From: Deltaproteobacteria bacterium TL4
GTDB lineage: Bacteria; SAR324; NAC60-12
Length of the DNA stretch: 39,526 bases
Direction: 5' to 3'
Assembly: GCA_051382335.1 (NCBI GenBank)
Contig: JBBCAX010000248.1
Location: 1 to 39,526 of the forward strand
Below, in pieces: positions 9,243 to 19,183 of the stretch (the stretch's first letter is position 1; the number at the start of each line of letters is the position of its first letter). The position numbers and the translations under genes are program-made. Under the pieces are notes generated by a model. It worked only from the letters and a program-made list of their open reading frames with translations, had not been told where the DNA came from and ran no database searches.

Positions 9243-12200
9243 ATGGCAACACAACTTCAATCTCAAAGAGTTCGATTTGTTACAGCAACCAGCCTTTTTG
9301 ATGGACATGATGCTTCCATCAACATCATCCGCCGTATTTTGCAGAGTCAAGGTGCAGAAGTCATCCATCTGGGACATAATCGGGGTGTGGAAGAAATAGT
9401 GAATGCGGCCATTCAGGAAGATGTCCAGGGAATTGCGGTGAGTTCTTATCAAGGGGGGCATAATGAATATTTCAAATATATGGTTGAATTATTAACAGAA
9501 AAAGGCGCTGGTCACGTTAAGGTCTTTGGTGGTGGAGGGGGTGTTATTATCCCAAAAGAAATTAAAGAATTGATGGATTATGGGGTTGCTCGTATCTACT
9601 CTCCTGAAGATGGACGGACGATGGGACTGGAGGGAATGATCACGGATATGCTCCAACAGTCCCAGTTCAGTACCTTACCCTCAGGCTATAAGCCAACGCC
9701 GGAGCACTTCAACCACAACTCAACGCTGGAATTAGCCAGAGCCATTACCTGGTTGGAACAACAGGTCAACAAGCCCGAACAACTGAATGAATTTCTCAAG
9801 GGGTTCTCAGGGAATTCCAGTGTCCCTGTTGTGGGGATTACCGGTACCGGAGGTGCGGGGAAATCTTGTTTAACTGACGAAATCATCCGACGGTTTTTAA
9901 TGGAGTTCAAGGATTTGCGCTTGGGGGTGCTCTGTGTGGATCCCACTAAAAGAAAAACGCATGGCGCCTTACTTGGCGATCGTCTCAGAATGAACGCAAT
10001 TGATTCGAATCGTGTTTTTACACGCTCGATGGCAACCCGACGTTCTCACCACGCGACTTCGGCTGCCTTGGAAGGAGCCATCAAGCTGATGAAACAAAGT
10101 GGTTATGACCTGGTTTTGGTCGAAACCGCCGGTATTGGACAAAGTGACTCGGATATCACTGATTTAGTGGACGTAAGTGTTTACGTCATGACGCCAGAAT
10201 TTGGCGCGGCGACTCAGTTGGAAAAAATTGACATGCTGGATTTTGCTGACATGGTGGTTATCAATAAATTCGATAAACCGGGCTCTCTGGATGCGTTGAA
10301 GGCCGTACAAAAGCAATATCAACGCAACCATAAACTGTTTGAAACGCCTACAGACGCACTGCCTGTTTTTGGAACCATTGCCAGTTATTTTAATGATCCG
10401 AGTACGGATTGGTTTTATTTCTGTTTAATCAACGAAATCATTAAGAAAAAACAAGTTCCCTGGAAACGTACTTTTTCTTCAGAATTTGCAATCGCGACAG
10501 GTTCGGAACTTATTTCCGGTGAACGCCGGGATTATTTAAGGAACATTGCCCAAACCGTCCGTTCCTACAAAGCGAAACTAAAACAATCCGCCCAAATCGC
10601 CCGGGAAAGTTATCAGCTTTATGGAACCCTGCAACAGTTAGGATGCCACCTTTCCCAGCCTCTGGCTTTGCTTGAACTTTCAAAGTTCAAGGCCGAAACG
10701 CTCTCATTAGCAAAACGCTACAACCAAAAGGTGGAAGCCCTGCCAAAAGAATGCTTGGAGCCTCTGAAAAATTATTGGAGCAAAAAAGAAAGCCTCGCGC
10801 AGGAATTCTCATCGTATGAGGTCCGGGGAAAAACGATTAAAGTCAGCAACCATCGGAAAAGTTTATCCGGACTCAATATCCCAAAAATCGCAACTCCATC
10901 ATTCAGTGATTGGGGCGATCTTGTAGAATGGTTGGGGTTAGAAAATTTTCCCGGCGAATTTCCTTATACTTCAGGGGTTTTTCCTTTCAAGCGTGAAGGG
11001 GAAGATCCCACCCGCATGTTTGCCGGAGAGGGTATTGCGGAACGGACCAATCGACGTTTTCATTATCTGGCCAAGGGCCAAAAGGCCGTTCGTTTAAGCA
11101 CCGCCTTTGATTCGGTAACCCTTTATGGCGCCAACCCTGAGTCTCGTCCTGATATTTATGGCAAGATTGGAAACTCGGGTGTGTCTATCGCAACCGTTGA
11201 TGATGCCAAACGTCTCTATTCAGGGATTAATTTATGCCTTCCTTCAACGTCCGTATCCATGACCATCAATGGTCCAGCACCTATTTTATTAGCATGTTTC
11301 TTCAATACCGCGATAGATCAACAAGTGGAACGCTACCTTCAGGAAAATGGGAAAATGGACCAAGCTCGTCAAACGATCAGAGGCTTATATCAAGAACGCG
11401 GGATGACGCCTCCTGTTTATCGTGGAGAGTTACCTCAGGGACACAATGAACTGGGTCTGCAAACACTGGGGATTTCAGGTGAAGAATTAGTGATGGCTGA
11501 CGTTTATCAAAACATAAAGAAGGAGGTTTTATCACAAGTCAGAGGCACCGTCCAAGCGGATATTTTGAAAGAGGATCAAGCACAAAACACGTGTATCTTC
11601 TCCGCGACCTTTGCGCTCAAAATGATGGGAGACATTCAATCCTTTTTTACACAGAGTCACATTGATAACTTTTATTCTGTAAGCATCTCGGGATACCACA
11701 TCGCGGAAGCCGGAGCCAATCCCATCACACAAGCGGCGTTTACTTTGGCGAATGGCTTTACGATTATTGAATATTACCTTTCACGAGGAATGAAGATTGA
11801 CGAATTCGCACATAATTTAAGCTTCTTTTTTAGTAATGGAATGGATCCTGAGTACACTGTTATCGGTCGTGTCGCACGTCGCATTTTTGCTTTGGCCTTG
11901 AGAGAACGCTTCCAGGCTAACACCCGGTCCCAAAAATTGAAGTATCACATCCAAACCTCTGGACGTTCGCTGCATGCCCAGGAAATTGACTTCAATGATA
12001 TTCGTACCACACTCCAGGCTCTGTATGCGATCTATGATAATTGTAATTCCTTACATACCAATTCCTATGATGAGGCCATCACCACACCTACCGAAGAATC
12101 CGCACGTCGTGCGTTGGCAATTCAGATGATTATTAACCAGGAATCAGGTTTGGCAAAAAATGAGAATCCCTTACAAGGCAGTTTCATCATTAATGAACTT

Positions 12201-12641
12201 ACCGAGTTAGTTGAAGAAGCGATTCTTGTGGAATTTGTCCGCCTTTCTGAGCGAGGTGGCGTTTTGGGCGCAATGGAAACCATGTATCAACGCAACAAAA
12301 TTCAGGAAGAATCCTTGTATTATGAATCGCTTAAACACTCTGGTGAACTTCCGATTATGGGGGTCAATACTTTTATAAACCCTCAGGCTCAGGATCTTTC
12401 AGATTCCCTGGAGTTAGCTCGATCGACTGAAGAAGAAAAACAAATACAGCTTGAATCTTTAAATCGGTTTCATCAGTTTCATCAACCTGAAGCGGATCAC
12501 GCCTTGGCACAATTGAGGTTAGCCTGTCAGCAAAAAGAAAATCTTTTCGAAACACTGTTTGGCGTTGTGAGACATTGTTCCTTGGGACAAATCAGTGACG
12601 AATTATATCGGTTAGGCGGTCAATACCGTCGGAATATGTAG
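9243..12641 (+). CDS. icmF: Fused isobutyryl-CoA mutase IcmF (B12-binding, MeaB-like GTPase and mutase domains)
   Basis: N-terminal SLFDGHDASINIIRRILQ B12-binding motif, P-loop GTGGAGKS, LLGDRLRMN, ETAGIGQ, NKFD, DPTRMFAGEG and GTVQADILKEDQAQNT. Confidence 0.95.
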   Translation: MATQLQSQRVRFVTATSLFDGHDASINIIRRILQSQGAEVIHLGHNRGVEEIVNAAIQEDVQGIAVSSYQGGHNEYFKYMVELLTEKGAGHVKVFGGGGGVIIPKEIKELMDYGVARIYSPEDGRTMGLEGMITDMLQQSQFSTLPSGYKPTPEHFNHNSTLELARAITWLEQQVNKPEQLNEFLKGFSGNSSVPVVGITGTGGAGKSCLTDEIIRRFLMEFKDLRLGVLCVDPTKRKTHGALLGDRLRMNAIDSNRVFTRSMATRRSHHATSAALEGAIKLMKQSGYDLVLVETAGIGQSDSDITDLVDVSVYVMTPEFGAATQLEKIDMLDFADMVVINKFDKPGSLDALKAVQKQYQRNHKLFETPTDALPVFGTIASYFNDPSTDWFYFCLINEIIKKKQVPWKRTFSSEFAIATGSELISGERRDYLRNIAQTVRSYKAKLKQSAQIARESYQLYGTLQQLGCHLSQPLALLELSKFKAETLSLAKRYNQKVEALPKECLEPLKNYWSKKESLAQEFSSYEVRGKTIKVSNHRKSLSGLNIPKIATPSFSDWGDLVEWLGLENFPGEFPYTSGVFPFKREGEDPTRMFAGEGIAERTNRRFHYLAKGQKAVRLSTAFDSVTLYGANPESRPDIYGKIGNSGVSIATVDDAKRLYSGINLCLPSTSVSMTINGPAPILLACFFNTAIDQQVERYLQENGKMDQARQTIRGLYQERGMTPPVYRGELPQGHNELGLQTLGISGEELVMADVYQNIKKEVLSQVRGTVQADILKEDQAQNTCIFSATFALKMMGDIQSFFTQSHIDNFYSVSISGYHIAEAGANPITQAAFTLANGFTIIEYYLSRGMKIDEFAHNLSFFFSNGMDPEYTVIGRVARRIFALALRERFQANTRSQKLKYHIQTSGRSLHAQEIDFNDIRTTLQALYAIYDNCNSLHTNSYDEAITTPTEESARRALAIQMIINQESGLAKNENPLQGSFIINELTELVEEAILVEFVRLSERGGVLGAMETMYQRNKIQEESLYYESLKHSGELPIMGVNTFINPQAQDLSDSLELARSTEEEKQIQLESLNRFHQFHQPEADHALAQLRLACQQKENLFETLFGVVRHCSLGQISDELYRLGGQYRRNM

Positions 12642-12704
12642 GTTGCGTAGAGATCACTTTATAATAGTTTGCCCGGTTTTTTCCAAGCGCAGCTTTCTTG
12701 TGTC

Positions 12705-12769
12705 TTGCCACCAAAGCCACAAAAACATTAAAATAATATTTTTTGTGTCTTTTGTGGTTTTAGTGGCAA
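12705..12769. repeat. Intergenic palindromic repeat element
   Basis: TTGCCACCAAAGCCACAAAA ... TTTTGTGGTTTTAGTGGCAA imperfect inverted repeat. Confidence 0.55.
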
Positions 12770-12798
12770 AAATATAAACCCTGAAATAAAGGATAATT

Positions 12799-13566
12799 AT
12801 GGAAATAAAAGATAAAGTCGTTGTTGTTACTGGAGGAGCTTCAGGACTAGGCGAAGCTTGTGTCCGTCTGCTCCTGGGCGCCGGCGCAAAGGTCTCTATT
12901 TTGGATTTCAATGAAGATGCCGGGACAAAACTGGCGGAGGCCTTGGGAAGTCAGGTGATGTTCCAAAAAACAGATGTTTCTAATGATCAAAGTGTTCAAA
13001 ACAGTATCCAGGCGACGATCGCGCAATTCAAAGCGCTTCATATTGTGATAAACTGTGCCGGAATTGCACCTCCAATGAAAGTTTACAGTCAGCGTAAAGG
13101 CATCATGCCTTTTGATTACTTTAATAAAATTATCCAGGTAAACTTGATTGGAACCATGAACGTTATTCGTCATGCAACCGCTCAGATCGTCAATAATGAG
13201 CCTAACGCGGATGGAGAAAAAGGCGTGATTATTAATACGGCTTCAGTAGCCGCGTTTGACGGACAAATTGGTCAGGCCGCGTATTCTGCGTCAAAAGGTG
13301 GAGTTGTTGGAATGACATTGCCGATTGCAAGAGAGTTTGCGTCTTATGGTATTCGTGTGATGACGATTGCTCCGGGTTTGTTTCATACGCCTATGATGGC
13401 CAGCCTGTCCCAGGAAGTTCAGGACTCTCTGGCCAGTTCAGTTCCTTTCCCAAAGCGGTTAGGCAAGCCCGACGAGTACGCTCAACTGGCGCAACACATC
13501 ATTCAAAATCCGATGCTTAATGGAGAAACTATTCGCTTGGATGGTTCGATCAGACTGGAAATGTAA
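12799..13566 (+). CDS. SDR-family 3-hydroxyacyl-CoA dehydrogenase (HSD10 / type II HADH-like)
   Basis: TGGASGLG, NCAGIA, INTASVAAFDGQIGQAAYSASKGG and NPMLNGETIRLDG motifs. Confidence 0.9.
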   Translation: MEIKDKVVVVTGGASGLGEACVRLLLGAGAKVSILDFNEDAGTKLAEALGSQVMFQKTDVSNDQSVQNSIQATIAQFKALHIVINCAGIAPPMKVYSQRKGIMPFDYFNKIIQVNLIGTMNVIRHATAQIVNNEPNADGEKGVIINTASVAAFDGQIGQAAYSASKGGVVGMTLPIAREFASYGIRVMTIAPGLFHTPMMASLSQEVQDSLASSVPFPKRLGKPDEYAQLAQHIIQNPMLNGETIRLDGSIRLEM

Positions 13567-13700
13567 AGACTGAAATTTTCGGAGACTTCGTCTTGTGCCT
13601 TGGTGCGTTTAAACTGAAGTAAACGCACCTGAATCAAAGCTTCACTTTCACCGAAATTGTATCGATTTGATCTTTTGAGAAAGTTGGTAGAGACGGGCTG

Positions 13701-13871
13701 TTACTTTTTGTTTTTCACATTATCAACGTATTTGAGCAGAGGCTGATAATACAAACCATCCGCCCCTGAATGGGTCATACTTCCGATAGGTTCCCATCCT
13801 TTTCGTATCAGACGGTTTACGGTTTCCGTTAATTCCTTGATGTCCAATGCAACAGCAATACGATATTTCAT
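13701..13871 (-). CDS. Small DUF1737-like protein (56 aa)
   Basis: MKYRIAVALDIKELTETVNRLIRKGWEPIGSM...YYQPLLK fits the DUF1737 pattern. A GAGGAG ribosome-binding site precedes the ATG at 13871, so the ORF-track start at 14006 is probably too long. Confidence 0.7.
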   Translation of the reverse strand: MKYRIAVALDIKELTETVNRLIRKGWEPIGSMTHSGADGLYYQPLLKYVDNVKNKK

Positions 13872-13929
13872 GACAAGCTCCTCGATTTTTTTGAGTGGAA
13901 TAGTAAAGTGTGGTACGTCGATAAGGCTG

Positions 13930-13958
13930 CTTATAAAGCCTGGCGAGAAAGATGTCAA
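13930..13958 (-). promoter_or_regulatory. Near-consensus sigma70 promoter for the DUF1737-like gene
   Basis: Minus strand reads TTGACA-N17-TATAAG, about 60 bp upstream of the ATG. Confidence 0.7.
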
Positions 13959-13964
13959 CTTAAT

Positions 13965-14287
13965 CTTCGGCTCCATCCGGAGGTTTGCCCCGTTAACTAC
14001 AACCAAACGGAGCCGAAGCGCGCCAAGAACACTAATTCTGAAGAAGCACCGAGAACTTCTGTATGTGAGACTTCTTTGACACTCTTTTCTTCGGTCCCAT
14101 TCGGAAGTTTGCCCCGTTGACTACAACCGAACGGAACCGAAGCGCGCCAAGAACACTAATTCTGAAGAAGCACCGAAAGCTTCTGTATGTGAGATTTCTT
14201 TGGTATCCATTTCTTCGGATCCATTCGGAGGTTTGCCCCGTTAACTACAACCGAACGAAGCCGAAGCGCGCCAAGAACATTAATCTG
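13965..14287 (-). repeat. 124-bp tandem repeat (~2.6 copies) with conserved hairpins; candidate structured ncRNA array
   Basis: Units start at 13965, 14089 and 14213. Each has a 54-nt stem-loop CTTCGG...CCGAAG, and the two full units carry a second hairpin AGAAGC-N7-(G/A)CTTCT. The period is not a multiple of 3. Confidence 0.9.
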
Positions 14288-14542
14288 AAAGATAGGAAGT
14301 GAGGTATTTATACGGGAAACCTGTTCTATTTGCCATTCGTAATATTACTTACGTACTTTTACCAATGGACATTTGTGGCTGAATTCACTACCATCTCAAC
14401 ATGGGTTTCTGCTTTTATGGGGAGTGATACACCCCCACCTGTTGACCTCCTTATCTATGAAAGCTTAGACCCATTCCCCCCTTCAATCCTCGCCAAACAA
14501 TTGAAAATCGAAGTCGTTCAGGAACCCACTGTTAGATAAAAT

Positions 14543-15409
14543 CTAGGAGAGACTGTCTGGGAGAGGCGGATACATTTCTTGGGTCATTGTATGCAGTTTT
14601 TTGGAGAGTTCCCTAATAATGAGGCGTAACAATCGTTCTCGTAATTCATCAGAAAAAAGTTGAATCGCATAATACGGCAGCATAAAGACTACTGATTTAC
14701 CATGACTGATGACTCGTGTTGAGGAATGGCTTCGTGTCAGCAATGAGGTTTCTCCTAATAAAGAACACGCCCCAAGTTCGGTGATCAGTTCTGGTTCAGA
14801 ATGAGGTTGGACGAGATAAACACCAACTTTTCCTTGAAGCAAAATTCCCAGTTTGTCAATGGTTCCTTTTTCTTGAATTAGAACGTCATCATGCTCAAAT
14901 TTCCTGAGATACCCCAACGATAAAAATGTTTGTATTTCATTCAGGTTAAAGTTTTTAAAGAAATCTGTTTTTACAATACGTTCAATGGTTTCTTTTGAAA
15001 AATTGATTTCTATGCCCAGCGTTGTTTTAACCTTTTCAAATAAGGTATTTCCCTCAAGCGGATGAATCAGCACATGTTGGATTCCATACTCCTTGTAGAG
15101 TTTGAGTTTGGCAAAAGTAACTTCAGTGGTGAGTAAAATGAGCGGAATTTTGTGCCATTGTTTGGAATTGCTCCAGAATTGGACCAAGGCGTTGAATTTG
15201 AGATCTTGGAATTCATCGGTAATCAGTAAATCATAGTTAGGCTTATTTTTGAGATGGGTTACCCCCTTTTGAGGATTGATGGCCTGATGGAGCTTACATT
15301 TTCTCAAGGCGGATAAGGCCTTTTTTATAAAAATCCACGTGTCTTGATCTTTTGTGACAACGAGAATGGCTTGAGGATCATTTTGGTTCATGATTGACCT
15401 TTTCATCAT
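14543..15409 (-). CDS. Atypical receiver domain plus cyclic-nucleotide-binding domain protein
   Basis: N-terminal REC-like segment (YDLLITD, IPLILLT). C-terminal cNMP domain (LIQEKG..DKLGILLQGKVGV, LLGETSLL). Confidence 0.7.
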   Translation of the reverse strand: MMKRSIMNQNDPQAILVVTKDQDTWIFIKKALSALRKCKLHQAINPQKGVTHLKNKPNYDLLITDEFQDLKFNALVQFWSNSKQWHKIPLILLTTEVTFAKLKLYKEYGIQHVLIHPLEGNTLFEKVKTTLGIEINFSKETIERIVKTDFFKNFNLNEIQTFLSLGYLRKFEHDDVLIQEKGTIDKLGILLQGKVGVYLVQPHSEPELITELGACSLLGETSLLTRSHSSTRVISHGKSVVFMLPYYAIQLFSDELRERLLRLIIRELSKKLHTMTQEMYPPLPDSLS

Positions 15410-15791
15410 TCAAAAAGTGAATTATTACCGTTTGATGGCGAAATAATGATTGGAACAGAAATCAGGCTACTTGTAAAACGAGTTTTTAGATGTTACATAT
15501 CATAACATCAAGGGTTCTGACACATGACCCTCTTCATTTTTGATCCAAATCTTCCGAATGGTTTTGTCTTGGCAGCAGAGTCACAATGTTGTATCCCGTG
15601 GCGATTGAAGTTGTAAATCACTTCGGGAGCGTTATATGTACCTTATATTAGCGGGACTTACAATAGGATCTTATGTCGCTCATGAGTTCAGAAATTTGAA
15701 GGAGGATGACCGCTTTACTTTTCAGCTCGCATCTTTAGGATTTTGACCTCTTTTCTCCCGCGTTTTTAATCACAAATTCAAGGAGTCTTCT

Positions 15792-16229
15792 ATGATTAAG
15801 GTAAAAGACATCATGACCACAGACTTATATGTTTTGCAAGAGAATGACAGTGTTAATCTGAGTCGTTTTTTGATGGAATCGAAACGTATACGACACGTAC
15901 CTATTGTGAATTTGGATTATGATTTCATTGGGCTACTGACTCATCGTGATTTATTAGCACTGAGTGTTTCAACTTTAGCCGGTATTTCAGAGGAAGAACT
16001 CGCAGCGATTCAGCGCAGTATTGCTGTCAAAGATGTCATGAATGTTGGGATTAAAACGATAAGCCCAGAGCTTGATTTACGAAGCGCGGCGAAAATGATT
16101 TTAGATCAAAAATTTGGCTGCCTCCCCGTGGTCAAGGGCAAAAAACTGGTAGGGATTGTGACCGAAGCGGACTTTGTCAGAATTACGCTTCAGTTGCTTG
16201 AGTTTGTCGAAAATCAAGAAGCCCAATAA
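15792..16229 (+). CDS. CBS-pair domain protein
   Basis: VKDIMT, IRHVPIV...GLLTHRDLL, VKDVM and FGCLPVV..KKLVGIVTEADF motifs. Confidence 0.9.
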   Translation: MIKVKDIMTTDLYVLQENDSVNLSRFLMESKRIRHVPIVNLDYDFIGLLTHRDLLALSVSTLAGISEEELAAIQRSIAVKDVMNVGIKTISPELDLRSAAKMILDQKFGCLPVVKGKKLVGIVTEADFVRITLQLLEFVENQEAQ

Positions 16230-16259
16230 ACGTCATCGTTTGCATGAAGAAATGAGTCT

Positions 16260-18716
16260 ATGATGAGTGAATCTCAAAACTACGAAGTCACCGTAATGAC
16301 AGATCTGGTCGTTACCATTTCAAAAGATGGTAAGATTTTGGATGTGAATGTATTGGTTTGTGACCTTTTGGGATATACCAGAGAAGAATTGATTCAAAAA
16401 CCTTTTGATATGATTGTTTCGAAAAAAGATTTTTTTGAATACGCGAGCTATCGAGATATTTTTGCGTTGGGATGTATCATCAACGTTGGAGCTCAATACG
16501 TAGCCAAGGATGGAAGTGAGGTTCCTATTCTTTTATCAAGCAGGGTTGAAAAAGATAGAGTGACGCAAACCGAAAGAGGGGTTTGTATTGCTCAAAATGT
16601 GTCCGCAATCAGTTCAATGCAAAATGTTTTATCGAAGACAAATATTGAGCTTGAGGAACGTGTTGAAGCACTGAATCGGGATAAAGATTCACTGCTTAAA
16701 CAAAGTTTGAAGAATCAGCAAACTCGAAAAATTCTTCAGGCAATCGTTGAAGGAACCTCCTCTGATGTGGGCATTGATTTCTTTCGGTCCTTGGTCAAGA
16801 CACTCTCCTTAACGCTTGAAATCCGATGTGCGTTTGTAGGCAAAATTGACAAAGCGAATCCAAGACAAATGCAAATGCTGGCAATTTGGACAGGGGAACT
16901 CTTTGCGGAGCCCATCACCTTTGATATCAAGGGATCTCCTTTTGAAAAGATAGATCGACCCGAAATTTTTATTTTTCCTGAAGGGATTCAATCCCATTAT
17001 CCCGATTCCATTTTTTTAAAAACAAGAGATATCGAAAGTTTATTAAGCTTTCCCCTGTTGAACTCTTCAAACGAAATGATGGGGGTCCTTGCGGTCATGC
17101 ATGATCATCCCATGGAGAACACCAGTGACATTGAGTCGTTTGTAAAGATTTTCGCGACACGCGCGGAATCAGAGATGATGCGCCAGGAGATGGAGAAAGA
17201 TCGCGATCGTTTAGCTACAGCAATCGATCAGGCGGTTGAAGCGATTGTCATCACGGATGAGAAGGGCAGAATTCAATATACGAATCCCGCTTTTGAAAAA
17301 GTGAGTGGTTTTACGAGTAGTGAAGTTCTTGGGCAAACATCCAGACTCTTAAAAAGTGGCAAACAACCCAGTTTTTTTTACAAAGAAATGTGGGAAACCA
17401 TAGCACAGGGGAAAGTTTGGAGTGGGCGCATCATCAATCGAAAAAAAGATGGTTCCTTGTATGATGAAGAAATGACGATTTCTCCGATTCGTGATCATCG
17501 GGGGAATATCTCCAATTTTGTTGGCGTAAAACGAGATATTACCTATGAAGTCCAGTTGGAAAAGCAACTTCGTCAATCCCAAAAAATGGAAGCGTTAGGA
17601 ACTATGGCAGAAGGCATTGCTCATGATTTCAATAACCTTTTATTTGCAATGCTGGGTTATATAGAAATGGTTCGGGATGACACCCCGGAAGGCTCGCTTA
17701 ATCGAAAAAACTTGGAGGAAGCGCTTATTGCAGGAAAACGCGCGAAAAATCTGGTTGCTCAAATCCTTTCTTTCAGTCAGGATGCCGAACTGCACCAGGA
17801 ACTCATTCAAATCACACCCATTATTGAGGAAAGTATTCGGCTTTTGCGCCCCAGTTTTCCTGAGACCTTGGAGATAATAAGGGATTTAGAAACGAAAAGT
17901 GGACACATTTTAGCGGATTCAACACAGGTTCAACAAATCCTGATGAACTTATGCTTGAACGCCCGCGCTTCCATGCAGGACAGCGGCATTCTCGAAATTG
18001 GATTAAAACGAGTGGTCATTAAATCAGAATTTGCGATACTTCATGATATCCATGCCGGACCCGCAATGAAACTCTCAATAAAGGATACCGGCACAGGGAT
18101 TGATCCCGCCATTATAGATCGAATTTTTGATCCTTTCTTTACCACAAAGGCAGTGAATGAAGGGACAGGTTTGGGACTTTCCATCGTGCATGGGATCATC
18201 AAAAAACATAATGGCGCCATCACCGTAAACAGTGAACTGGGAAAAGGTACAATTTTTGAAATTTATTTCCCATTAGTGGAAACTGGCAATGAAGAGGGTG
18301 CTTACGGCCATCTGACCTCACGTGGAACCGAGCGTTTGTTGTTTGTCGATGATGAAGAATTGCTGGTGACTATGTTCAGCCAAGCCTTAGGTGAGCTTGG
18401 GTACCATGTCACTGCGATGATGAGTAGCATGGAAGCCTTGGAATTCTTTCGTTTAAAACCGGATCAATTCGATTTGGTGATTACCGATCAAATGATGCCT
18501 GAGATGAGTGGGAATCAATTGGCCGAAAATATAAGATTGATACGTTCTGATATTCCTATCATGATGTTGACCGGGTACAAACACAATGTTAGTTCCGAGT
18601 ATCTAAGACAAATAGGAATTCAAGAGTGTTTAGTAAAACCGATTGAAATGAGTCAACTTTCATCTAAAATCAGGTACTTATTGGACGCCCATTTAATAAA
18701 AAAGCCACGTCCCTAG
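16260..18716 (+). CDS. Hybrid sensor histidine kinase (PAS-GAF-PAS-HisKA-HATPase-REC)
   Basis: H-box GIAHDFNNLL, N-box QILMNLCLNA, DTGTGI, FDPFFTTK, GTGLGLS; C-terminal REC with FVDDE and ITDQMMP. Confidence 0.92.
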   Translation: MMSESQNYEVTVMTDLVVTISKDGKILDVNVLVCDLLGYTREELIQKPFDMIVSKKDFFEYASYRDIFALGCIINVGAQYVAKDGSEVPILLSSRVEKDRVTQTERGVCIAQNVSAISSMQNVLSKTNIELEERVEALNRDKDSLLKQSLKNQQTRKILQAIVEGTSSDVGIDFFRSLVKTLSLTLEIRCAFVGKIDKANPRQMQMLAIWTGELFAEPITFDIKGSPFEKIDRPEIFIFPEGIQSHYPDSIFLKTRDIESLLSFPLLNSSNEMMGVLAVMHDHPMENTSDIESFVKIFATRAESEMMRQEMEKDRDRLATAIDQAVEAIVITDEKGRIQYTNPAFEKVSGFTSSEVLGQTSRLLKSGKQPSFFYKEMWETIAQGKVWSGRIINRKKDGSLYDEEMTISPIRDHRGNISNFVGVKRDITYEVQLEKQLRQSQKMEALGTMAEGIAHDFNNLLFAMLGYIEMVRDDTPEGSLNRKNLEEALIAGKRAKNLVAQILSFSQDAELHQELIQITPIIEESIRLLRPSFPETLEIIRDLETKSGHILADSTQVQQILMNLCLNARASMQDSGILEIGLKRVVIKSEFAILHDIHAGPAMKLSIKDTGTGIDPAIIDRIFDPFFTTKAVNEGTGLGLSIVHGIIKKHNGAITVNSELGKGTIFEIYFPLVETGNEEGAYGHLTSRGTERLLFVDDEELLVTMFSQALGELGYHVTAMMSSMEALEFFRLKPDQFDLVITDQMMPEMSGNQLAENIRLIRSDIPIMMLTGYKHNVSSEYLRQIGIQECLVKPIEMSQLSSKIRYLLDAHLIKKPRP

Positions 18717-18755
18717 GGGCTTGGTTTTCCATGATTAGAATAAAATAAAGGAATT

Positions 18756-19127
18756 ATGTCACGAATATTGGTGGTCGATGATGAAGCTCAAGTTCGGGAG
18801 ATGCTGACTCTCAAATTAACTCGAGAGGGGTATGAGACAATTTGCGCGAGCAACGGCGAAGAAGCGATACAAATGTTTCGGGATCAGCCCGTCGATTTAA
18901 TCATAACGGATCTTCTCATGCCCGGAAAAGATGGGTTGGAACTCATTATGGAATTGAGGCGAGAATTCCAAGATGTAAATATTATTGCTATTTCCGGAGG
19001 CGGACGAGGAAAATTACTCGAAAGTTTAAAGACCAACCATTATTTTTTTGGTGCCGTAAAAACATTCGCAAAACCTTTGGAATTGAATGAACTTTTAGCG
19101 GCGGTACGGGAAATTTTGGGGGAATAG
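18756..19127 (+). CDS. Single-domain response regulator
   Basis: ILVVDDE, ITDLLMPGKDG, IAISGG and AKP motifs. Confidence 0.9.
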   Translation: MSRILVVDDEAQVREMLTLKLTREGYETICASNGEEAIQMFRDQPVDLIITDLLMPGKDGLELIMELRREFQDVNIIAISGGGRGKLLESLKTNHYFFGAVKTFAKPLELNELLAAVREILGE

Positions 19128-19183
19128 ATGTTATGAGTGAGAATCCACCTTTGGCTCAAGAATCCCTAACCTAAAGGCTGTCT

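Noticed and set aside
14038..14185. Hammerhead ribozyme core (CTGAAGA...GAAA) in the repeat
   Set aside because: No pairable stem II lies between the motifs, copy 1 has GAGA instead of GAAA, and the wobble bias favours the opposite strand.
13965..14266. c-di-GMP-I riboswitch, suggested by GGGCAAAC on the minus strand
   Set aside because: The GNRA tetraloop stem and the downstream GCAAAG / P2 elements are absent.
13965..14287. CRISPR array interpretation of the 124-bp repeats
   Set aside because: The intervening segments are near-identical rather than unique spacers, the unit is too long, and no cas genes are present.
13837..14302. Plus-strand ORFs 13837-14079, 13908-14120 and 14117-14302
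   Set aside because: They are translations of the non-triplet repeat in shifting frames, with no RBS or family motifs.
14330..14539. 69-aa plus-strand ORF beside the repeat array
   Set aside because: TTG start, no clear RBS or motif; it cannot be supported as a gene from sequence alone.
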